Shown here one piece after another: positions 57,361-64,000 of a stretch of 64,000 nucleotides of DNA. The DNA is taken from assembly GCA_964594455.1 (NCBI GenBank), contig CAZQLY010000001.1, positions 69,989 to 133,988 on the forward strand, given 5' to 3'. The translations under genes were made by a program, and so were the position numbers. The stretch is from an uncultured Gammaproteobacteria bacterium (GTDB taxonomy: Bacteria > Patescibacteriota > Patescibacteriia > JAHIZJ01). Below the pieces are notes generated by a model. The model worked only from the letters and a program-made list of their open reading frames with translations. It made no database searches and was not told the origin of the DNA. Positions within the stretch are counted from its first letter, which is position 1, and each line of letters begins with the position of its first letter.

Positions 57361-58352
57361 GTCGAGATGGATATCTCTATGCGGCCGGAGTAATCAGGCA
57401 CTTAGAGACAAAATTATTAGATCCTACTGATTTGGAGAGAATGGTTGACTCTGAGGATCTCAAGGCTGCTTTTAAAGTGTTTCATGACACCGACTTCTTT
57501 GATAATGTCCTGGATGTTTCACCTAGAGAATACTTAAAGGCCCTGGATGCCGATTTGCTCCAAGCCAAACAGAACTTAGCAGAAATGCTCCCGGACGAGA
57601 AAATGCTTAAGCTGTTATTTTTGAGATTTGATTTTCATAATCTCAAACTGCTCTTGAAGGCAAAGTACAGCCAGAGCAATTTTGATAGTCAGGCTTCGGA
57701 CTTAGGTTTGGTTGGATACGATGTTTTGAAAGAGGCGATCAAAGAAAACCGCCCGGAAGATTTGGATGACGACTACAAAAACGTTCTTATTAAATTCAAT
57801 GAAGAGATTGGTGATACTGAGCCAGCACCATCGTTAATCGACAGGATTATCGATCGTGAGTACTTCAAGCTCTATTACCAAACAGCAAAAGCAGTCAAAA
57901 GCAAATTCGTGCTCGAGTTTGCGAAGCTGCAGTTTGATATTGCCAATATAAAGATATTTATCCGTTCCAAGATTCTAGGACTACCAGCAGAAGAATGGTT
58001 GGCTGATATGATTGATAATGGCAATCTGGCTACGGACGAGTATACCAATATTGCCGAGAAGTCGGTAGATGAAGCTTTGGGCCAGTTGGCACAATTATTG
58101 CAGTTTGGAACTGACGAGGCGGTCAGTGATTATCTTCAGCATAAGTCGTTGGCTAAGCTGGAACAGGCGCTGGAAGAAGTAGAAATGGATTATTTGCGCC
58201 AGGCTAAATATATTGATTACGGTCCGGAAATGATTTTAGCTTATTTTTATGCTAAAAAGAGTGCCATCCGGAATGTCAGACTAATCATGACTGCCAAACT
58301 AAATGATCTACCAGCTAGTGAAATAAAAACTAAGACCAGAGAACTTTATTAA
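57357..58352 (+). CDS. atpC: V/A-type ATPase subunit C (d)
   Basis: DFHNLK, DIANIK and RNVRLI. Confidence 0.9.
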   Translation: MSRDGYLYAAGVIRHLETKLLDPTDLERMVDSEDLKAAFKVFHDTDFFDNVLDVSPREYLKALDADLLQAKQNLAEMLPDEKMLKLLFLRFDFHNLKLLLKAKYSQSNFDSQASDLGLVGYDVLKEAIKENRPEDLDDDYKNVLIKFNEEIGDTEPAPSLIDRIIDREYFKLYYQTAKAVKSKFVLEFAKLQFDIANIKIFIRSKILGLPAEEWLADMIDNGNLATDEYTNIAEKSVDEALGQLAQLLQFGTDEAVSDYLQHKSLAKLEQALEEVEMDYLRQAKYIDYGPEMILAYFYAKKSAIRNVRLIMTAKLNDLPASEIKTKTRELY

Positions 58353-58357
58353 AAATA

Positions 58358-58693
58358 ATGGATCAACAAGATTTACAATACACGATAGCGATAATCGGAT
58401 CACCCAATGCTATCTTAGGTTTTAAGGCCTTGGGAGTAACCGCTTTTCCAGTAGCCACCAAAGAAGAGGGGCAGCAAGTTTTGGAAAAAATAAAAGAGGG
58501 AAGATATGCTATTTTACTAGTTACGGAAGATTGGGCTAGAGAGCTTCAAACCGAGTTGGATGAAATAAGACAAATGACTTTACCAGCGGTTTCAGTTTTG
58601 CCTTCGCAATCAGGCAGTCAAGGGCTGGGTGAACAAGAATTGAGAAGAACAGTAGAGCAGGCTGTCGGCAGCGACATTTTATTTAAAGAATAA
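58358..58693 (+). CDS. atpF: V/A-type ATPase subunit F
   Basis: IAIIG...GFKALG and AVGSDI. Confidence 0.92.
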   Translation: MDQQDLQYTIAIIGSPNAILGFKALGVTAFPVATKEEGQQVLEKIKEGRYAILLVTEDWARELQTELDEIRQMTLPAVSVLPSQSGSQGLGEQELRRTVEQAVGSDILFKE

Positions 58694-58718
58694 TTATAAA
58701 TAAATTAATCGAATATTT

Positions 58719-60464
58719 ATGAAAACTCAGACAGGTAAAATTATCAAAGTATCAGGACCGCTCGTAGTCGCTTCAGGAATGAGTGGCGCTAAGATGTATG
58801 AAGTGGTGAAGGTTTCTGATAAGAAATTGATCGGTGAGATTATCCGATTGGATGGCGATATGGCCTTTATCCAGGTTTACGAAGATACAGCCGGATTGGG
58901 GCCGGATGAACCGGTATTCCGAACCGAAATGCCCCTGACCGTTACCTTGGGGCCAGGCCTGTTAACCTCTTTTTATGACGGTATCCAGCGCCCGTTGGTT
59001 TCACTTCAGAAAAAGGCTGGTGCTTATATAACCAGAGGCATTGAAGTGCCTGCTTTGGATGAAGAGAAGAAATGGGATTTTAAAGCTATCGTCAAAAAGG
59101 GTGACAAAGTTGTAGCCGGTGATGTATTAGGCGAAGTTGCGGAAACTAGTTTAATTACACACAAGGTATTAGTACCGCCCCAGATCAAAGTGGGTACTGT
59201 CAAAAACATTTCTTCGGGTAAGTTTACCGTCAGAGAAGTAGTAGCTGAGGTGGACAACCAAAAAGTTACCATGGCTCAAGAATGGCCGATTCGCGACCCC
59301 AGACCCTCTAAGCAGAAAATCGCTCCCGATATTCCTTTGATTACCGGACAGAGAATTATCGATACTTTTTTTCCGATAGCCAAAGGTGGAGCGGGTTGTA
59401 TTCCTGGACCCTTTGGCGCCGGTAAAACTGTTATTCAGCATCAATTGGCTAAATGGGCCGATGCTGACGTTATTATCTTTATCGGTTGCGGTGAGCGCGG
59501 CAATGAGATGACTGATGTGCTAATGGAATTTCCTGAGCTGAAGGATCCGAAGAGTGGCCAGCCTTTAATGGAACGAACCGTGTTAATCGCAAACACTTCC
59601 AATATGCCGGTAGCAGCCCGAGAAGCCTCGGTCTATACTGGCATTACCATCGCGGAATATTTCCGGGATATGGGCTATCACGTAGCCTTAATGGCTGATT
59701 CCACTTCACGCTGGGCTGAGGCTCTGCGTGAGATTTCCGGTCGTTTGGAAGAAATGCCTGGTGAAGAAGGCTACCCAGCCTATTTAGGTTCCCGGACCGC
59801 AGCATTTTACGAACGAGCTGGTATTGTGGAAACATTGGGTTCAGAACGGCGTCAGGGTTCGCTCACAGTTGTCGGAGCAGTATCGCCTCCAGGAGGTGAC
59901 TTGTCTGAGCCAGTTACTCAGAACACCTTACGTGTAACCAAGGTTTTTTGGTCATTGGAAGCACAATTAGCCTATCGTAGACATTTCCCTTCGATTAACT
60001 GGTTGACCAGCTATTCGTTATATACCGATGATTTAAGCGCCTATTTCAAAAAAGTAGCCGCTGACGACTTCTTTGACTTGAGAATTGAAGCCATGTCATT
60101 GCTACAAAAAGAAGCCGAACTGGAAGATATTGTGAGATTAGTTGGTTTGGACGCGCTTTCACACAAAGAACAGTTGGTACTAGAAACCGCCCGATCGCTG
60201 CGTGAAGATTTCTTGATGCAGAACGCTTTTGATGATGTCGACACTTACACCTCGATGAAAAAACAATACTACATGCTGAAAAGCATTTTGACTTTTCATC
60301 AGAGCGCTAACGAAGCCCTAGAACGGGGAGTCAAACTGGATGCTATCAAGGGACTGACAATCCGCGAAAAAATTGGTCGCAGCAAGATGACCGACCCTGA
60401 TAAAATCAGTGAACTGGAGAATTTGGTAACTGAAGTTAAAAACTCGATTGAAGCTCTTAAATAA
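58719..60464 (+). CDS. atpA: V/A-type ATPase catalytic subunit A
   Basis: [31 protein letters not shown] and EEGYPAYL. Confidence 0.97.
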   Translation: MKTQTGKIIKVSGPLVVASGMSGAKMYEVVKVSDKKLIGEIIRLDGDMAFIQVYEDTAGLGPDEPVFRTEMPLTVTLGPGLLTSFYDGIQRPLVSLQKKAGAYITRGIEVPALDEEKKWDFKAIVKKGDKVVAGDVLGEVAETSLITHKVLVPPQIKVGTVKNISSGKFTVREVVAEVDNQKVTMAQEWPIRDPRPSKQKIAPDIPLITGQRIIDTFFPIAKGGAGCIPGPFGAGKTVIQHQLAKWADADVIIFIGCGERGNEMTDVLMEFPELKDPKSGQPLMERTVLIANTSNMPVAAREASVYTGITIAEYFRDMGYHVALMADSTSRWAEALREISGRLEEMPGEEGYPAYLGSRTAAFYERAGIVETLGSERRQGSLTVVGAVSPPGGDLSEPVTQNTLRVTKVFWSLEAQLAYRRHFPSINWLTSYSLYTDDLSAYFKKVAADDFFDLRIEAMSLLQKEAELEDIVRLVGLDALSHKEQLVLETARSLREDFLMQNAFDDVDTYTSMKKQYYMLKSILTFHQSANEALERGVKLDAIKGLTIREKIGRSKMTDPDKISELENLVTEVKNSIEALK

Positions 60465-60485
60465 TTAACCAATAATCACATACTT

Positions 60486-61922
60486 ATGCAGAAAGAATAT
60501 AAAACAATCAAAGAAGTTGCCGGACCGCTCTTGATAGTTGAAGGGATTGAGGGAGTGACTTATGAAGAGCTAGTCGACGTTGAGCTGCCAGACAAGACCA
60601 TCCGGCGCGGTCGCGTCTTGGAAATTTCCAAAGATCGGGCGGTAGTTCAGATGTTTGAAGATACTCGCGGCATCAGCATGCAAGATTCCAAAGTCAGATT
60701 TTTGGGCCGCACCATGGAAGTGCCTGTTTCCACGGACATGTTAGGCAGAATTTTTGATGGAGCTGGAAATCCCAAAGATGGCGGTGGTGAAATTATTGCT
60801 GAGAAAAAGCTCAGTATCTCCGGTAACCCAATCAATCCTTATTCCCGCGACTATCCTAATGACTTTATTCAAACTGGAATTTCCACTATCGATGGCTTGA
60901 ACACCTTAGTACGTGGTCAGAAACTACCGATATTTTCCGGGGCTGGCTTACCGCACAACTACATGGCCGCTCAGATTGCTCGACAAGCCAAAGTGGTACA
61001 GGTATCGCCAGACGGAAAGGTAAAAGCTGACGAGTCAAAATTTGCTGTGGTTTTTGGAGCGATGGGTATTACCTTTGAAGAAGCCGAATATTTCTCCAAT
61101 GAATTTCATCAAACCGGCGCTATCGAAAGAGCAGTCATGTATATTAACCTGGCTAATGATCCAGTAGTGGAACGTATCACCCTGCCTCGTTTGGCTCTGA
61201 CTACGGCTGAGTATTTGGCTTTTGAAAAAGGAATGCACGTCTTGGTTATATTAACTGACATGACTAACTACTGCGAGGCTCTGCGTGAAGTTTCTGCTGC
61301 TAGAAAAGAAGTTCCCGGCCGCCGTGGTTATCCAGGTTATCTCTATACTGACTTGTCTACAATATACGAGCGCGCTGGGCGCATCAAAGGTAAAAAGGGT
61401 TCAATTACCCAGATTCCGATTTTAACCATGCCTGAAGATGACAAAACTCACCCCATTCCTGACTTGACCGGATATATTACTGAGGGCCAGATCATGCTTT
61501 CTCGCTCACTCTACAAACAAGGTATTATGCCTCCGGTGGACGTGCTGCCTTGTCTGTCTCGTTTGATGCCTAAGGGCATTGGTGAGGGCAAAACCCGAGA
61601 AGATCACTCAGGCGTTTTCAACCAGCTCTATGCTGCTTATGCCCGCGGAAAAGAAGCTAAAGAATTAGCAGTTATTTTGGGTGAAGCCGCCCTATCTGAT
61701 GTCGATAAGAAATATGTAGAATTTTCTGATAACTTTGAGAAACGCTACATCACTCAGGGTGAAGATGAAGATCGTGATATTCTCTATACTCTGAATTTGG
61801 GCTGGGAGCTATTCTCGATCCTGCCAAAATCAGAGCTGAAACGTGTTAAAGAAGAACAGATTGAAAAATATTTACCCCAGAAAGAAACCGAGCCGGAGAA
61901 AGAAGCTCAACTAGCAAATTAA
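60486..61922 (+). CDS. atpB: V/A-type ATPase subunit B
   Basis: [24 protein letters not shown] and [14 protein letters not shown]. Confidence 0.97.
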   Translation: MQKEYKTIKEVAGPLLIVEGIEGVTYEELVDVELPDKTIRRGRVLEISKDRAVVQMFEDTRGISMQDSKVRFLGRTMEVPVSTDMLGRIFDGAGNPKDGGGEIIAEKKLSISGNPINPYSRDYPNDFIQTGISTIDGLNTLVRGQKLPIFSGAGLPHNYMAAQIARQAKVVQVSPDGKVKADESKFAVVFGAMGITFEEAEYFSNEFHQTGAIERAVMYINLANDPVVERITLPRLALTTAEYLAFEKGMHVLVILTDMTNYCEALREVSAARKEVPGRRGYPGYLYTDLSTIYERAGRIKGKKGSITQIPILTMPEDDKTHPIPDLTGYITEGQIMLSRSLYKQGIMPPVDVLPCLSRLMPKGIGEGKTREDHSGVFNQLYAAYARGKEAKELAVILGEAALSDVDKKYVEFSDNFEKRYITQGEDEDRDILYTLNLGWELFSILPKSELKRVKEEQIEKYLPQKETEPEKEAQLAN

Positions 61923-61999
61923 GTAACAAATAACGAGTAATAGTTAACAAACAAATATCAAGTCAGTTTATTACTTCTTAATTATTAATTCTGAATTAA
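61921..61999. repeat. AT-rich heptamer repeats arranged as an inverted pair
   Basis: AGTAACA AATAACG AGTAATA GTTAACA, then TTATTAC/TTCTTAA/TTATTAA. Confidence 0.5.
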
Positions 62000-62003
62000 A
62001 CAC

Positions 62004-62618
62004 GTGGCGCAAAAAATAAATCCAACTCGAATGGAGCTGATCCGCCTGAAAGCCAGGTTAAAGGTGGCTTTGCGCGGGCATTCTCTTTTGGAAGAGAAAC
62101 GCGATGGTCTGATGAAAGAGTTTATGACCACTATCAAAGAAGCGCGTGATTTGCGAGCCAAGGTGGAGTCAAAAATGGCCGACGGTTTCAAAGCCTTTGT
62201 TTTTGCTGCTGCAGACATGCGTCCTGAGGTAACGGAAGAGGCTTTGGTAGTTCCAGCTAAAAAGACCAAGTTGGAAGTTGATACCCGAAACGTGATGAGT
62301 GTCATGGTACCGTTGTTTCAATATAAGGAAGAGGGGGACTATATCAGCTATTCTCTAGCGACCACTTCATCGGGATTGGACACTTCGTTGAAAATATTTG
62401 CTGATGCCTTACCGAATATTGTTAAGCTGGCTCAAATAGAGCACTCAGCCAGACTTTTAGCAGTTGAAATCGAGAAAACCCGACGCCGAGTCAACGCTTT
62501 GGAATATGTGTTTATTCCAGACATGGAGCATAACATCAAATATATATCCAGCAAACTTGATGAACAAGAACGAGGCACGTTGACGAGCTTGATGCGCATC
62601 AAAGAAACAATGGTGTAA
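62004..62618 (+). CDS. atpD: V/A-type ATPase subunit D
   Basis: PTRMEL, RGHSLL and EIEKTRRRVNALE. Confidence 0.96.
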   Translation: MAQKINPTRMELIRLKARLKVALRGHSLLEEKRDGLMKEFMTTIKEARDLRAKVESKMADGFKAFVFAAADMRPEVTEEALVVPAKKTKLEVDTRNVMSVMVPLFQYKEEGDYISYSLATTSSGLDTSLKIFADALPNIVKLAQIEHSARLLAVEIEKTRRRVNALEYVFIPDMEHNIKYISSKLDEQERGTLTSLMRIKETMV

Positions 62619-62675
62619 ATTTGTAATACTTATATAAAAAAGAACAGGTTATCATGACCCGTTTTTTTAATAAAG

Positions 62676-63522
62676 AAAAAGGGGCGGAGACTCTTCCGGA
62701 TGTAGCAAGCTACAGCCGTGTGAGTCTTTACCGCCCCGGGCATTCGGACCGGGAAATGAAGACGCGGAGTGCGTCATCGGGGGTTGCTGTCGGCCCGTCA
62801 GTTGACGCACCTGAGCACAGACTTATCACCCCGAACCGGAGTAACTTGCCCCGAGAAATGATGGCCCGAATGTGTTGAGTGGCGAGGGGGCGGGCCGGCA
62901 AGAATGGCCCCATGGCCGGCTTTCGAAAGATGGTCGCCCCCTCGCACACTCGATGTCTTCTTTTTTCAAAATATCGGTTTCTACGCCCCCTCTTGACCGA
63001 ACCACATCGTTGGAACGGTTATAAGGCGGCGTACCTCTCTCAGCGCCATGATCCTGGATCGACCAGGCGGTGAAGCCGAGAAAGCACAGATAGACACTAG
63101 CCGCGCGGATTTATGTCCATTTGCGACCCCCAAGGATTTCGGAGGATTACGCCTTCGTAGCCCAGGCGCAGGGGGACATAGAGTTTAGAGGAATTTTTAG
63201 GGCCCCCCAGCGGTTTGTCCAGTTTACCGACTGGCCCAAGTACTGTAGTTTCTGGTCAGCATCGGAGTATCTCCGTACCACACGCGTGTGTGGCATAGGC
63301 CGTTGCACGGCGGATCGGGACGGCAGTCCCATGTCAGCCGCTGGTTTCAGGTGACGGGATACAACGGGTAGCTTGAACGAATCGAGTTGACCGCGTAATA
63401 CCTGCTACCTGTCCAATGGACCTTACCTCCTCTCTTGAGAGTCTAGAGTTAAGCCAGAATAGATGGGTGGACCGGAAGATCCAACCGCCAACCATGCTGG
63501 CATTGGCAACAAAAACAACAAC
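62676..63522 (-). ncRNA. Candidate large (~850 nt) structured non-coding RNA
   Basis: Consensus promoter, terminal hairpin + U-tract, GC-rich, many perfect helices, no credible ORF. Confidence 0.6.
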
Positions 63523-63528
63523 TTTGGT

Positions 63529-63556
63529 ATTATACATTATCCACCTTTCTTGTCAA
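63529..63556 (-). promoter_or_regulatory. Consensus sigma70 promoter
   Basis: Minus strand TTGACA-16 nt-TATAAT. Confidence 0.75.
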
Positions 63557-63622
63557 TAGACCTGGATAAAATAAGCTTAAAATGTTATTAATAAATAGTA
63601 GACTAAACATTAAAATATATAT

Positions 63623-64000
63623 ATGAGTAAAAATATTTACAACATATTGATGGTGCTTGGTTCTATTAGATCTAACAGAAAAGGGATTATGGTTGCTCGC
63701 TGGCTCGAAAAGGAAATAAAGAAAAAGGGTCATAATATAGAATTTGTTGATCTAAAAGAAAAAGATTTACCTATAATGGATAAAAGATTCCAAGATTATG
63801 ATGCTGGCCAGGCACCAAAATTTTTGACTGATTTACACAAAAAGATGGAGCAAGCCGATGGATTTATTTTTATAACTCCTGAGTATAACCATGCTATATC
63901 TTCAGCCTTGAAGAATTTTTTGGATTATTTTTTTCGTGAATATTTTTTCAAACCAGCTGCTCTATCCAGCTATTCCACTGGGGCAACTGCTGGGATCAGG
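63623..64000 (+). CDS. NADPH-dependent FMN reductase (flavodoxin-like), 3'-truncated by the window edge
   Basis: LGSIRSNR and ADGFIFITPEYNHAISSALKNFLD; absent from the ORF track. Confidence 0.9.
   Translation, partial: MSKNIYNILMVLGSIRSNRKGIMVARWLEKEIKKKGHNIEFVDLKEKDLPIMDKRFQDYDAGQAPKFLTDLHKKMEQADGFIFITPEYNHAISSALKNFLDYFFREYFFKPAALSSYSTGATAGIR

Noticed and set aside
63410-63465. GAGGTAAGGTCC and TCTGGCTTA (minus strand) resembling RNase P RNA conserved regions
   Set aside because: Imperfect matches in the wrong order for a standard rnpB; other conserved regions were not found by eye.
62654-63537. Several 61-77 aa ORFs on both strands
   Set aside because: Short, mutually overlapping, no SD or recognisable motif; expected by chance in GC-rich structured sequence.
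1-64000. CRISPR arrays, tRNA/rRNA genes and recoded stop codons
   Set aside because: No repeat-spacer array or cloverleaf other than the tmRNA was seen; TGA ends conserved genes (recO, tgt) at the expected positions.

Overview
Bacterial chromosome segment using the standard genetic code, most likely from a Patescibacteria (CPR, Parcubacteria-like) genome. This taxonomy is inferred from AT-rich SD-less core-gene leaders, a membrane-anchored Clp ATPase and paired receiver-only regulators. Core content: Zn ABC uptake plus a Fur/Zur regulator, infC-rpmI-rplT, ssrA-smpB, argS, ileS, recO, tgt, glyQS, rsmI, metG, tatD, rmuC and a complete V/A-type ATPase operon. Accessory content: a type I restriction-modification island (21.1-31.4 kb) carrying embedded defence-like cargo (OLD-like ATPase-TOPRIM, TM+TIR pair, HEPN-like protein). 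A chimeric hsdS-head/hsdM-tail mini-ORF in that island records how two cargo cassettes were stacked. Several GC-rich self-contained orphan genes and heptamer-repeat hairpins are scattered through the window. The most striking unexplained element is a ~850-nt GC-rich, densely base-paired, ORF-poor unit (62.68-63.52 kb, minus strand) with a consensus sigma70 promoter and a terminator, a candidate large non-coding RNA. A pseudoknot-rich leader also precedes glyQS. All calls are from visual motif recognition; no searches were run.
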